From positions 6,912-70,911 of the IMG/VR virus record IMGVR_UViG_3300032326_002475: a stretch of DNA of 64,000 bases, one strand, 5' to 3'. Of the stretch, positions 36,805 through 47,100 are shown one piece after another (the stretch's first letter is position 1; each line of letters begins with the position of its first letter). The position numbers and the translations under genes are program-made. The notes under the pieces were generated by a model. That model made no database searches. It had not been told where the DNA came from and was given only the letters and a program-made list of their open reading frames with translations. This stretch comes from a virus.

Positions 36805-39249
36805 TTATGCTCCGCAGCTCTCGCAGTCTGGATCACCCAACGAACATACTTTAGCAGCAAATTCTTCAGCATCAAATTCCTTCATTTGCTCTACTTCTTT
36901 TGGCTTCTCCACTTCTTGGATTGATGCACTAGAGAGATCAATTCCAAGACCCTTTAATGCTTGGGCTTTAGGCTTGACACGGAGATAATACATTCCAGTC
37001 TTCAATCCTAATTTCCATCCAAACATATGAGCAGAAGAAAGCTTAGATGCAGTAGGTTCAGCCATAAACATATTTAACGACTGGCTTTGATCAATAAAGT
37101 AAGAACGATCACGAGCCATTTCAAGAATAGACTTACCCTTCATCTCCCAAACTGTCTTGTATATTTCCTTAATATCAGTTGGAATTTCAGGGATGTTTTG
37201 GACTGAACCATTCTCATTAAATAATTTCAGTCTAACATTGTCACTCCAGATACCAAGATTGACAAGATCTTCCACTAAATGCTTGTTGATTACAGCATAT
37301 TCACCACTCAAAGTATTACGCTTATAGAGATTGGTAGTGAAAGGCTCAAAACACTCATTATTCCCAAGAATTTGAGCTGTTGAAGCTGTAGGCATTGGAG
37401 CAACAAGAAGTGAATTTCTCAAACCAAATTGCTTGATTTCTTCTTTGAGCGCTGAAAAATCCCACATACCGGAAAGATCATTTTCAGAAAGTCCCCAGAG
37501 GTCATATTGTAATAAACCTTGAGATGCTGGAGATCCTTCAAAAGACGCATAAGAGCCATGTTGCTTAGCCAAATCCTTAGATGCAGTAAGAGCAGCAAAG
37601 TAAATTGTTTCAAATATATCTTTGTTTAACTTCTTTGCTTCTTCTGATTCAAACGGTAGACCCATCATCACAAAAGTATCAGCTAAACCCTGAACACCCA
37701 AACCAATTGGACGATGCTTGAGATTTGAATTTTTTGTTTCAGGTGTAGGATAAAAATTCACATCAATAACTTGATTCAAGTTAACTGTTGCTTGATAAAC
37801 AACGTCATACAAGAATTTGAAATCATACTTACGTAATTTCTTATCCTTCTCACGTACTTTGCCAGATGGAATAATTACATACTTTGGAAGAGCAACAGAA
37901 GCAAGATTACATACAGCAATTTCATTCTTATCTGTATATTCCAAAATTTCTGTACAGAGGTTTGAAGATTTGATTGTTCCAAGATTCTTCTGATTGCTCT
38001 TGTAATTACATGCATCCTTGTAAAGCATATAAGGAGTACCAGTTTCAACTTGTGAATCTAGAATCTTTTCCCACAATTCACGAGCCTTGATGGTCTTGAG
38101 CGCTTTACCTTCAGACTCATACTTCTCAAAAAGTTCAGTAAAAGATTTCTTGTCCGGAGAGTCATAAGCATCAATCAAGCCTGGAACTTGGTCAGGAGAG
38201 AACAATGACCAATTGCCATCAGCTTCAACACGCTTCATAAACAAGTCAGGAATCCACATAGCTAAGAACAAGTCTCTAGCACGTAATTCTTCCTTGCCTT
38301 GATTCTTACGAAGTTCAAGAAAATCAAAGATATCACCGTGCCAAGGCTCAAGGTAAACAGCAATTGAACCCTTACGCTTTCCACCACCCTGATCAACATA
38401 ACGTGCAGTCTCATTGAACACCTTGAGCATTGGGATAATTCCATTAGAATATCCGTTAGTGCCCTTGATGTAACTACCCTTAGCACGAATCTTATGAATG
38501 TTGATGCCAATTCCACCCGCAGATTGAGAAATCAATGCACAGTCAGAAAGCGTCTTATAAATGCCTGGGATACTATCGTCATCAATGTCAAGCAAGAAGC
38601 AGGATGATAACTGTGGACGATTAGTTGAAGCATTGAAAAGAGTTGGAGTAGCATGTGTAAAAAGACCTTGTGAAAGCATGTCATAAGTCTTCTGCACCAT
38701 CTCTAAATTGTCACGCCAAATACCCACAGAAACACGCATATAAAGATGTTGTGGAGTTTCTGCTGGGACATTATCAATTTTGAGTAGATATGATTTACGC
38801 AAAGTCATAAATCCAAAGTAGTCAAAGTTGAAATCTCTATCATGAACAATCATTGCATCAAGTTCTTGAGAATACTTTTGTATGACTTCAAATACTTCAT
38901 CAGAAATCATTCCAGCACTATCACCAGTCTTTGGATTGATATACTCATAAAGTTTTTTTGCTATTACAGAGAAGTCTTTTTCAACATCTTTATAAAGAGC
39001 TGTAATAGCAATGCGAGCAGCTAACTTACCAAAGTCAGGATGCACAGTGACCATAGAAGCAGCAGTCTCAGCGCTAAGCTGATCAAGCTCAGTGCTGGAA
39101 ACACCATCATAAAGTCCAGACACAACTTTAGTGCTTACTATGTCTGGATCAACACGTTCATTCAAACCATATGTAAGCTTCTTGATACGTGAAGAAATCT
39201 TTTCTAATTTTACTGGTTCTCTTGAACCATTACGCTTTAGGATATCCAT
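36805..39249 (-). CDS. nrdA: Ribonucleotide reductase class Ia alpha subunit with ATP cone
   Basis: KRNG ATP cone, ATPTLFN, QLSSCFL, SNLCTEI, VCNLAS, APMPTAST, YYLR, C-terminal CESC. Confidence 0.97.
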   Translation of the reverse strand: MDILKRNGSREPVKLEKISSRIKKLTYGLNERVDPDIVSTKVVSGLYDGVSSTELDQLSAETAASMVTVHPDFGKLAARIAITALYKDVEKDFSVIAKKLYEYINPKTGDSAGMISDEVFEVIQKYSQELDAMIVHDRDFNFDYFGFMTLRKSYLLKIDNVPAETPQHLYMRVSVGIWRDNLEMVQKTYDMLSQGLFTHATPTLFNASTNRPQLSSCFLLDIDDDSIPGIYKTLSDCALISQSAGGIGINIHKIRAKGSYIKGTNGYSNGIIPMLKVFNETARYVDQGGGKRKGSIAVYLEPWHGDIFDFLELRKNQGKEELRARDLFLAMWIPDLFMKRVEADGNWSLFSPDQVPGLIDAYDSPDKKSFTELFEKYESEGKALKTIKARELWEKILDSQVETGTPYMLYKDACNYKSNQKNLGTIKSSNLCTEILEYTDKNEIAVCNLASVALPKYVIIPSGKVREKDKKLRKYDFKFLYDVVYQATVNLNQVIDVNFYPTPETKNSNLKHRPIGLGVQGLADTFVMMGLPFESEEAKKLNKDIFETIYFAALTASKDLAKQHGSYASFEGSPASQGLLQYDLWGLSENDLSGMWDFSALKEEIKQFGLRNSLLVAPMPTASTAQILGNNECFEPFTTNLYKRNTLSGEYAVINKHLVEDLVNLGIWSDNVRLKLFNENGSVQNIPEIPTDIKEIYKTVWEMKGKSILEMARDRSYFIDQSQSLNMFMAEPTASKLSSAHMFGWKLGLKTGMYYLRVKPKAQALKGLGIDLSSASIQEVEKPKEVEQMKEFDAEEFAAKVCSLGDPDCESCGA

Positions 39250-39251
39250 AA

Positions 39252-40208
39252 CTAAAAGTCCTCATCAAATGAAATCTGTTCTTGAACTTCTCCAACGCCA
39301 CTCTTCACATAGTCTGCAACACGCTTCTCAAAGAAGTTAGTCTTGTTCTGTAGTGCAATGTTTGCCATGAAGTCAAAAGGATTTTCAGTATTATAGACCT
39401 TTCCCACTCCCAAGTCCATAAGAAGGCGATCACAGACATACTCAAGATATTGCTTCATAAGTTCTGAATTCATACCAATCAAAGAAACTGGTAATGCTTC
39501 AGTAATAAATTCTTTCTCAATTACAAGAGCAGAATCAATAATCTCAAGGATGCGTTCACGAGAAAGCTTATTTTCAACATGATTCTTATATAGATGAACT
39601 GCAAAGTCTGTGTGCAATCCTTCATCACGAGAAATCAGTTCATTAGAGAAAGATAGACCCGGCATCAAACCACGCTTCTTAAGCCAGAAAATTGAACAGA
39701 ACGAGCCAGAGAAGAAGATTCCCTCAACTGCAGCAAATGCAATAAGGCGCTCAACAAAAGATTCAGAACCAATCCACTTAAGGGCCCATTCAGCTTTCTT
39801 TTGAACTGCAGGAACGGTGTCAATTGCGTTGAAAAGATGGTTTTGTTCTTCTTTGTCTTTGATATACGTGTCAATAAGAAGGGAGTATGTCTCGGAGTGA
39901 ACGTTCTCCATCATAATCTGGAAACCGTAGAAAAATTTTGCTTCTGTATATTGAACTTCAGCTACAAAATTCTCTGCTAAATTTTCATTAACAATCCCAT
40001 CAGATGCAGCAAAGAATGCCAAAACATGCTTTACAAAATGCTGCTCACCTTCACTCAACTTTTCCCAATCTGTGTGGTCTTGTGCTAAATCAATTTCTTC
40101 TGCAGTCCAAAAAACCTGCTGGGCCTTCTTGTAGTAATCCCAGATATCGTGGTGCTCTATTGGGAACAAAACAAATCTATTTTTGTTCTCTTGTAAAATT
40201 TTTTCCAT
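39252..40208 (-). CDS. nrdB: Ribonucleotide reductase class Ia beta subunit
   Basis: [40 protein letters not shown]. Confidence 0.97.
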   Translation of the reverse strand: MEKILQENKNRFVLFPIEHHDIWDYYKKAQQVFWTAEEIDLAQDHTDWEKLSEGEQHFVKHVLAFFAASDGIVNENLAENFVAEVQYTEAKFFYGFQIMMENVHSETYSLLIDTYIKDKEEQNHLFNAIDTVPAVQKKAEWALKWIGSESFVERLIAFAAVEGIFFSGSFCSIFWLKKRGLMPGLSFSNELISRDEGLHTDFAVHLYKNHVENKLSRERILEIIDSALVIEKEFITEALPVSLIGMNSELMKQYLEYVCDRLLMDLGVGKVYNTENPFDFMANIALQNKTNFFEKRVADYVKSGVGEVQEQISFDEDF

Positions 40209-40281
40209 ATTTTTGACAATAAAAAATATCTGAAAGAAATCAATCAGATATTTTTATCCCTTCCTTTTGTATTATGAGGTA

Positions 40282-40728
40282 TTAAATGTTTTTTGGCAAC
40301 TCGTCCAGATCTAAAAATTGTATCTTTTTAACCAATTCATGAAGTTTTCTTTTATCCCATCTGTTAGCTAAAATGTGATCAACTATTGCCTCTCTCGCAC
40401 TTTCAAAATAATCGTAGTCTAAATCAAGTTCTTGCAAAATTTCATTAACTTTTCTTTCAAATGCTATGTCTAGAATAGATTGAAATACTTTATCTGACAA
40501 TCTAAAACCACTAACGTCTAAGTCTAGAGATGATTGAATAATTTCTGAATTATAGCCTTTAGCACGATCTATTAATTCTGTCCAAGGAGTAAATTTTGTT
40601 ATTGTTTTATTCTGGTTGGTAGTTGGAATTTCCTGAGGCACTTCCTTAATATTTTTATTATTTTTATTTAATAAATGATCAAATAGGATTTGTTTTTTTG
40701 CTTTGATCCAGCTTTCTTTGTTCATCAT
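40282..40728 (-). CDS. Hypothetical protein
   Basis: ORF in operon. Confidence 0.5.
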   Translation of the reverse strand: MMNKESWIKAKKQILFDHLLNKNNKNIKEVPQEIPTTNQNKTITKFTPWTELIDRAKGYNSEIIQSSLDLDVSGFRLSDKVFQSILDIAFERKVNEILQELDLDYDYFESAREAIVDHILANRWDKRKLHELVKKIQFLDLDELPKNI

Positions 40729-41112
40729 TTATAATGCAAATTTAATATCGATTGCAAAAATTCTTGTGGAAATGCCTTTAGTTTTTTTGCCAGCAATTTC
40801 AGCATTGTATTCAGATTGTCTTAGAACTAACACAGATCCATTTGTAAGAGATTCTATTTCTCTGGATGCTAATCTATATGCAGTCATAACAGAAGACAAG
40901 GCTGTTGGTCCTACAGATAAAACTCTAACATATTCATAATCTTTTAGAACATGCAATATGCTTCTTGAAAGTCCAACTGGGTCTGTAGGTCTTTTTGATG
41001 GGTCTGGGTTGTTAAAATCTCCACCACGAGCTCTCAATATTCTTGGATCGTTTGTATTTGACTTCTTTTCATTTGTTAACACAACGGTAACGGGTTCTTC
41101 AATATTTTCCAT
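40729..41112 (-). CDS. SpoVS-like (Alba-fold) protein
   Basis: DPVGLSRSI..VL....VRVLSVGPTALSSVMTAY..A..EI...LVL....AEIAGKKTKGI aligns by eye to SpoVS (PNSVAGAL...EIQAIGAGALNQAVKA...IDGEERTAI). Confidence 0.6.
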   Translation of the reverse strand: MENIEEPVTVVLTNEKKSNTNDPRILRARGGDFNNPDPSKRPTDPVGLSRSILHVLKDYEYVRVLSVGPTALSSVMTAYRLASREIESLTNGSVLVLRQSEYNAEIAGKKTKGISTRIFAIDIKFAL

Positions 41113-41114
41113 TA

Positions 41115-42089
41115 TCAATTTCCTTCTATTCCAGCTAAACACATCTTATTTTTAATATTTTCTACAGCAATATTGAACTCTGAGATCGAGCAGTGGTATA
41201 GCTTTGGATCATACTTAATTTTAAGATTACCATTTAAAATGTTATTAATAATTTTTGATTCAACGTCATTCATTTCAAGATTTAAAAAGTCTTGTATCTT
41301 GTTATCATTTTTCAAACTATCGTAATAACAAACATCATCTCCATCATCTTCTTCAGACATATAAACACTTAACGCCCTTGGAGAAACAGTTTGATAATCT
41401 GGATAAAGTTCATTAAACTTCTGAAATAATAAAGATGAATGCTTTGATAAGATGTGTTTTTTAATTACTTCAGTTCTTTTTTGAATGATACAATTTTGAC
41501 ATCCATCTTCACTTTTTGTAGCGCAGTTTTCATCACATTCATAATTTCTTGGCATTTTATGAGATTTACAAAATGGACATCTTTCAATTTCTTCAAGAAC
41601 ATATCCAGTGTTTTTTAGATGCGTCCATAAGATATCTGCATGACAATGAAGTATGTGAGTTGATAAAGGATTTACCCATTTCTCACATACAGGGCATTTT
41701 TGAGATGGATTTCTTTTACCAGCATTATCAGCTTTTACTAAATTTATATAGTTGTGTTGAAGAGCGCCAATAAAGTAGTTCTTAAATTCACCACTACCGC
41801 CATATCTTGATTGTTTTCTTGTAGATCTAGGCTTCCAATTGGACAAAACATTACAAAAAATCTTGATATAGTCTGAAGCAAAATCTTCATGAGAATCATA
41901 CAAATAATGATATTGATTCCACCATTCTTGCATGTGTAGATAAGGTGGATAAATTTTACAAATCTCTTTGTAGCTTTTATCTATAGCCCACTTATTGTCA
42001 GTTAATAAGGCATCTTGATATTTTAAGATAGCTTTTTCTAAATTCTCTTGAGTCTTTATTTTTAATTGTTTTACAATATCATCAGTCAC
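41115..42089 (-). CDS. Divergent sigma-factor-like protein with inserted Zn fingers
   Basis: Region-2-like EDFASDY...WKP...FKNYFIGALQHNYINLVK, then CPVC..H..H, CPFC, CQNC..H...H, then a helical C-terminus. Confidence 0.45.
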   Translation of the reverse strand: MTDDIVKQLKIKTQENLEKAILKYQDALLTDNKWAIDKSYKEICKIYPPYLHMQEWWNQYHYLYDSHEDFASDYIKIFCNVLSNWKPRSTRKQSRYGGSGEFKNYFIGALQHNYINLVKADNAGKRNPSQKCPVCEKWVNPLSTHILHCHADILWTHLKNTGYVLEEIERCPFCKSHKMPRNYECDENCATKSEDGCQNCIIQKRTEVIKKHILSKHSSLLFQKFNELYPDYQTVSPRALSVYMSEEDDGDDVCYYDSLKNDNKIQDFLNLEMNDVESKIINNILNGNLKIKYDPKLYHCSISEFNIAVENIKNKMCLAGIEGN

Positions 42090-42144
42090 TATATGTACTC
42101 CCCAACGATAATGACATTATATGTAAAAATTAAAAAATTGTAAA

Positions 42145-43938
42145 TCAGTTTATTTTTATATCTTGCACAATCATAACAAGTGAATTTGATCCAGACCAAG
42201 TATCAATGTCTAAACTGTAAACAACATCTACTTTATTGCCTTGCTTTAAGTCTTTGCAAACATCACCTAACCTCCAAGCATTAGCAGTAATCCAAGTTTT
42301 TTCACCATTGCTAAGTTTGAGTTTTGCATGTTTACCATTAGTCATTAGCTTACAATCTACAACTGTCATGTTCTTTGTCAAAAACACCGGAGTATGATTG
42401 CCAGACCCAAACGGAGAAAGCTTAAGAAGATGGTTGTATGTTTTGATATTCAAATCAACAAATGACATCAGAGAATCAATATCAATAATTTTCTCTTGTG
42501 AAGGCTCTCCAAGTTTATCTTTTGCAAACTCATTAAGAGCAACACGCATGGCTGGAATGTTATCAATAGACAATTCAAAACCAGCAGCAAAAGCATGTCC
42601 TCCACAAACAGTAGAGCCATCTGATCTCTTCTTAAATAAAGACCAAGCTCTTTCTGACTTTAATGCTTCTAATATATTGAAATCTCTAACTGATCTACAA
42701 GACCCTTTTGCATATCCATCGTTTTTATAAGAACAAACTAATGTGGGCTTATTAAAAGTTTCTGCTAATTTACCAGCGATAAGCCCAATTAAACCTGGAT
42801 GCCATTCTTCTCTTCCAACAATAAGAATATGCTCATTTTCTAAGTCAAAATTGTCAGATACGTATTGGATTGCTTCTGTAGTTGCTTTCTCTTGTTGTTC
42901 TTGACGCTTTGAGTTAGCATTGTTTAATTGATTAGCCAAAAGATTAGCTGTAATGTCATCTTCTGCTAATAAAAGACTCAAGGCAGTACCAGCATCAGCA
43001 AGCCTTCCTATAGCATTGATTCTAGGCCCAATTTGAAAGCCAATTGATGTAGTTGATACCTCTTTTACACCAGCAATTCTCAGAAGTTCCTTAATTCCAG
43101 GCTTAGTACTTCTTGAAAGTATTTGACAGCCATAATTTACTATGATTCTATTTTCATCAACCATAGGAGCAACGTCAGCAACTGTTCCTAATGCTGCAAA
43201 CTCAATAAGCTCATCTACAAATTCAAATACATTTTCTTTTCTGGAACTAGCAAGGCCTAACATCAGCTTAAAGGCAATTCCACATCCAGCTAAAAAGTCA
43301 CACGGATATCTGCCAAAATCATCCGTTTTATAAGATGCAAAATGTTCTCCGGGATAGTTTGGATCATCACGATTTGGGTTAACTACAGCAATACAATCAG
43401 GAATCTTTCCATCGTGAGAAGGATGGTGGTGGTCAGTAATGATCAAATCTAAATTACATTGCTTAGCATATGTAGCTGTTTCAAAAGCAACAATTCCACA
43501 GTCAACAGACATGAGAAGATCAGCATTGCGTGATAAAGCCTGATCAACAGATTGAACCTTGATGTCATATCCATCTTCCATTCTGTGTGGAACTTTAAAT
43601 TCAATATTTGCACCTAGTTTTTTGAGTGCAGTAACTACAATTGCAGTAGAAGTAATTCCGTCTACATCATAGTCACCCCAAACAAATATCTTTTCTTGAT
43701 TATCTATAGCATGGTTAAGTCTATCTATTGCTTTTTTAGCATCTGGCAAAAGAAAAGGATCATGAAGCTTTCCAATCTTAAGGCTAGTGAAACTCTTTGC
43801 CTTTTTAATACTATCAATGCCACGAGTAGCCATGACTCTAGCAACAGGAGTAGGTATTTCTAGCTCATAGGCCAATTCACCACAAACTGAATTATCACAA
43901 GGCCTAATATTCCAAACAGTGTTAATTTTTTGCATCAA
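42145..43938 (-). CDS. recJ: ssDNA-specific exonuclease RecJ
   Basis: GDYDVDGITS, VDCG, ITDHH, LGTVADV, PRINAIGRL, GSCRS, GGHAFAAG, PFGSGN. Confidence 0.95.
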   Translation of the reverse strand: MMQKINTVWNIRPCDNSVCGELAYELEIPTPVARVMATRGIDSIKKAKSFTSLKIGKLHDPFLLPDAKKAIDRLNHAIDNQEKIFVWGDYDVDGITSTAIVVTALKKLGANIEFKVPHRMEDGYDIKVQSVDQALSRNADLLMSVDCGIVAFETATYAKQCNLDLIITDHHHPSHDGKIPDCIAVVNPNRDDPNYPGEHFASYKTDDFGRYPCDFLAGCGIAFKLMLGLASSRKENVFEFVDELIEFAALGTVADVAPMVDENRIIVNYGCQILSRSTKPGIKELLRIAGVKEVSTTSIGFQIGPRINAIGRLADAGTALSLLLAEDDITANLLANQLNNANSKRQEQQEKATTEAIQYVSDNFDLENEHILIVGREEWHPGLIGLIAGKLAETFNKPTLVCSYKNDGYAKGSCRSVRDFNILEALKSERAWSLFKKRSDGSTVCGGHAFAAGFELSIDNIPAMRVALNEFAKDKLGEPSQEKIIDIDSLMSFVDLNIKTYNHLLKLSPFGSGNHTPVFLTKNMTVVDCKLMTNGKHAKLKLSNGEKTWITANAWRLGDVCKDLKQGNKVDVVYSLDIDTWSGSNSLVMIVQDIKIN

Positions 43939-44693
43939 GATACCTTTATCTTAAGAATTCTTCTTTTATTTTCCAACGAGTCTTTAATTGCAAGATCAAG
44001 AGCTTCCAAATCAAATGAAAGTGCAAAATCATCTGGGTCCATTTTGTCAGGTAAGTAAATAATTAGACAATTTATACCAAGTTCATGAATCTTCTTATAT
44101 ATTTTCTCACCAGCAATTCTTCCAGGCTCATCACCATCTAATATCAAAACAATATTGTCGCAGTATCTTGAACATAATGCAACTTGATAGTCAGATATAG
44201 AAGTACCACATAAAGCACTTACATTTTCAAAGCCGTTAGAATAAAAACTATACACATCAAAATAGCCTTCTACTAAAACTATATAATTTTGCTTTCTAGC
44301 TGCATCTTTAGCTTGATCTAAAAAGAATAAATTTTTGTTTCTTTGATATGGCTCATTTATCCATTTGCCTTTTTTCCATTTAGAAATTCTTTCTAAACAT
44401 TTTGCTGGCTCATTACCATACGTTTCCCAAAAAGAAGCAATTGTATTTTCAGTAAGGTCTGGAACTTGTCTTCCAGCCATAGCAATAATACTTCCATGCA
44501 CATCTCTTATAGGGACAATCAATCTACCCCTAAGTAATGGAAACTCATAGCTAGAAAAAACTGGGCAATATCCTACTAGGTTTTTTTCAAGTAGCTTGTT
44601 AGATAAATTTCTAGAAGAAAAATACTTTTGGACAGAATTATTTTCTTTAAAGTTTCTTATAAATTGATTGTAATTCTGCTCACGATTAGACAT
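43935..44693 (-). CDS. dnaG: DnaG-type primase catalytic core (TOPRIM) without a Zn-binding domain
   Basis: GRLIVPIRD..G.IIAMAGR, LVEGYFDV, ALCGT, LDGDEPG, DPDD. Confidence 0.85.
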   Translation of the reverse strand: MSNREQNYNQFIRNFKENNSVQKYFSSRNLSNKLLEKNLVGYCPVFSSYEFPLLRGRLIVPIRDVHGSIIAMAGRQVPDLTENTIASFWETYGNEPAKCLERISKWKKGKWINEPYQRNKNLFFLDQAKDAARKQNYIVLVEGYFDVYSFYSNGFENVSALCGTSISDYQVALCSRYCDNIVLILDGDEPGRIAGEKIYKKIHELGINCLIIYLPDKMDPDDFALSFDLEALDLAIKDSLENKRRILKIKVS

Positions 44694-44731
44694 AGTTCAT
44701 ATTTTATCAGTAAATTAGTAAATGGTAAATG

Positions 44732-44760
44732 AAAAAATCCCCTCTTTTGAGGGGATTTTT
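44732..44760. terminator. Intrinsic terminator
   Basis: aaaaatcccctc tttt gaggggattttt. Confidence 0.8.
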
Positions 44761-44761
44761 A

Positions 44762-45970
44762 TTAGTCTAACATCTCTTTTGCTGCTAAATCAAAAGAGAT
44801 ACCACCGTCTTCTTCATTATCATCTAAGGTCTCTAATGGACCTTTTTTAATAGCTTCAATGAGGTCGTTAAGTGGTTTACCTACAATCTTCAAGCGTCCA
44901 CATATAAATTCAAAAGCAGTAGCAGAATTGTCATTACGTGTTCTTTTGACTGGGGCTGGTTGATTGATTAAGAGATTGCAAAATTCATATGCATCTTTTG
45001 ACTCAACAACTTCACCAGTGTCAGTATTGGTGTAAATAAATTTCTTTCTAATTTCTTTGATATACTCAAATCCTTTAGCTTTTGCTTTATATAGAAATTC
45101 ATCAACTGGATTTGTTGTTTCATCATCAGTAAACATGATTTTGAATTCACCAGTGACACCAGGTTGACCATATCGAGTTTTCATAACAAGAACTTTACTC
45201 TTGCCACCGATAATCACGTCCTTGCCTTCTGCATCTTTTTTGGTTACTTGTCCAGCAGCACCATTGATCTTATTGATCCATAAACGCATATGGGTAAAGT
45301 AATTCATTGCATTACCACCTGAAGCTGTTTTAGTCATGGTTCCAGGCATAACACCAGCACCCATATACAGCTGATTGATAAGTACAACAATAGTTCCAGA
45401 TGCAGCAGTTTTAGCAGTAAGATCTTTAGTTAAGCGCTTGACAAAACGTGCATGTAAGCCGATGGTTTGAACCTGCTCAAGTGATTTTTCTAATTCATCA
45501 TTAGGAATCATTGCTGATACAGAGTCAACAACAATTATAGAAAAATTTCCACTCTCAACCATAAATTTAAGAAGTTCGCCATACTTTTCAGCAGATCCAA
45601 CATTCTCAATAAGAAGTAACTGAGCAGTGTTTACTCCACAAGACAAAGCTCGTAGAGGATAATATGAATTCTCAATGTTGAAGAATGCACATTTTTTGCC
45701 TTGCTTTTGAGCTTCAGCAATTAACTTATAGCCAAGCCAAGTCTTGCCGGATTGTGATTCTCCACAAAACTCAATTAGCGTACCTGTAGGAATTCCCATT
45801 CCTGCACCAAGTATTGAATCTACTTCAAATACTCCTGTAGGAATAAATTCTACATTATCAACATCGCCTGACTTGATGCACTTCTCATCAATACCTAAGG
45901 CCTTAAGTTTTTGCTTTAGTAAGCGTTCTTGATCTTTGTCGATTAGTTCAGAAAGTTCGTCTTTTTTCAA
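44762..45970 (-). CDS. recA: RecA/UvsX-like recombinase
   Basis: FIPTG..VDSILG.GIP.G.LIEFCGESQSGKT, IVVDSVSA, LINQ, GGNAM. Confidence 0.88.
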   Translation of the reverse strand: MKKDELSELIDKDQERLLKQKLKALGIDEKCIKSGDVDNVEFIPTGVFEVDSILGAGMGIPTGTLIEFCGESQSGKTWLGYKLIAEAQKQGKKCAFFNIENSYYPLRALSCGVNTAQLLLIENVGSAEKYGELLKFMVESGNFSIIVVDSVSAMIPNDELEKSLEQVQTIGLHARFVKRLTKDLTAKTAASGTIVVLINQLYMGAGVMPGTMTKTASGGNAMNYFTHMRLWINKINGAAGQVTKKDAEGKDVIIGGKSKVLVMKTRYGQPGVTGEFKIMFTDDETTNPVDEFLYKAKAKGFEYIKEIRKKFIYTNTDTGEVVESKDAYEFCNLLINQPAPVKRTRNDNSATAFEFICGRLKIVGKPLNDLIEAIKKGPLETLDDNEEDGGISFDLAAKEMLD

Positions 45971-45987
45971 TGTTTTAAAATCCTTAT

Positions 45988-46014
45988 TGGGGGATAGAAT
46001 AATCTATCCCCCAA
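45988..46014. terminator. Hairpin between the putative SSB gene and recA
   Basis: ttgggggataga ata atctatcccccaa; no U-tract on the minus strand. Confidence 0.55.
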
Positions 46015-46018
46015 CTTA

Positions 46019-47023
46019 TTAGCGATTACCCATCCAAGCTAATGAATTCTCATCATCATCTTCGTCTTCATCATCTTCAATGACTACTGGCTTCTTGGTA
46101 ACTGCTTTCTTAGGAGGCTTTACAACATAGCCTTCATCCTCGTCTTCATCCTCTTCTGCAGCAAATGGCTTCAGATTAGTCATGATTGGAGTAATCTCTT
46201 CTTCCTCAACAACAGGCTTGGAAGGGATGGAGACTGTGTCTGACTCGTCAGATGCAACAGGAGTAAACTTGTAAATTTGCTCAATTGCATGACCATAAGC
46301 AAAGAAATCTTCCCACTCAGGCATAAGAGGATCACTCTTACGGTCCTTCTCATAACGTGTACGCTCACGCACGAGCTTTTCAGTGGATGGATCTCCAGCC
46401 TTGCGTAATTGTTCAATCATATCGTCGTCAATATAAGTTGGCTTGGACTCAAAAAGAATCTTATAGTCAACAGAAAGAGGTGGTTGCTTACCAGTAGCCT
46501 CTGCAATGATTTTGATACATGGAGCATTACGAGTGCCAAAGTGACGGCCATCACCATCTTCATTTGTCTCGTCAGCATAGCGGAGAGCAATTTCTTCAGC
46601 AATCTTATGGAAGATAGCCTTGCCCTTCTTTAGGACCTTGACTTTCCAAGTGCCATCATCTTGCTTCTCAAGGCAGTTTTGTGCAAACTGCATTGTGCAG
46701 ATGTAGCCCATCTTCTTCCAAGGACATTGGGATTGATCTTCATGGCCAATACGTGTAAAGGACTTCTTGATATGAGCATCAGGAAATTCTTTCTTGATGG
46801 TCTTACCACGCAAAGCTGGATCGTTTGTAGGATTTGGGACGTAAACCTTGTCAGTAAATTCCCAGAACATGTAAGGGTCGCCGATAAGACGTAAACGACG
46901 AGCAACCTTAGGAGCATTCTTTACAGAAAGATCAACAATATCTTCCCGGAAGTTAAACATCGAGTTTGAAGCCCTTGGCTTCGTTGTTTCAGTCTTGAGA
47001 AGACTGGATGGTGATAATCGCAT
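46019..47023 (-). CDS. Putative single-stranded DNA-binding protein (gp32-like)
   Basis: RLRLIG, acidic C-terminal tail, adjacent to recA, with its own strong promoter. Confidence 0.5.
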   Translation of the reverse strand: MRLSPSSLLKTETTKPRASNSMFNFREDIVDLSVKNAPKVARRLRLIGDPYMFWEFTDKVYVPNPTNDPALRGKTIKKEFPDAHIKKSFTRIGHEDQSQCPWKKMGYICTMQFAQNCLEKQDDGTWKVKVLKKGKAIFHKIAEEIALRYADETNEDGDGRHFGTRNAPCIKIIAEATGKQPPLSVDYKILFESKPTYIDDDMIEQLRKAGDPSTEKLVRERTRYEKDRKSDPLMPEWEDFFAYGHAIEQIYKFTPVASDESDTVSIPSKPVVEEEEITPIMTNLKPFAAEEDEDEDEGYVVKPPKKAVTKKPVVIEDDEDEDDDENSLAWMGNR

Positions 47024-47064
47024 TTGTTTTTACCTCTTAAAGGGCACTTAGGGCCCTTGATTTA

Positions 47065-47093
47065 TTTATATCATTGTAATTTGGCATTGTCAA
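47065..47093 (-). promoter_or_regulatory. Sigma70/SigA-type promoter
   Basis: TTGACA-17 bp-TATAAA on the minus strand. Confidence 0.8.
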
Positions 47094-47100
47094 TGAAAAG

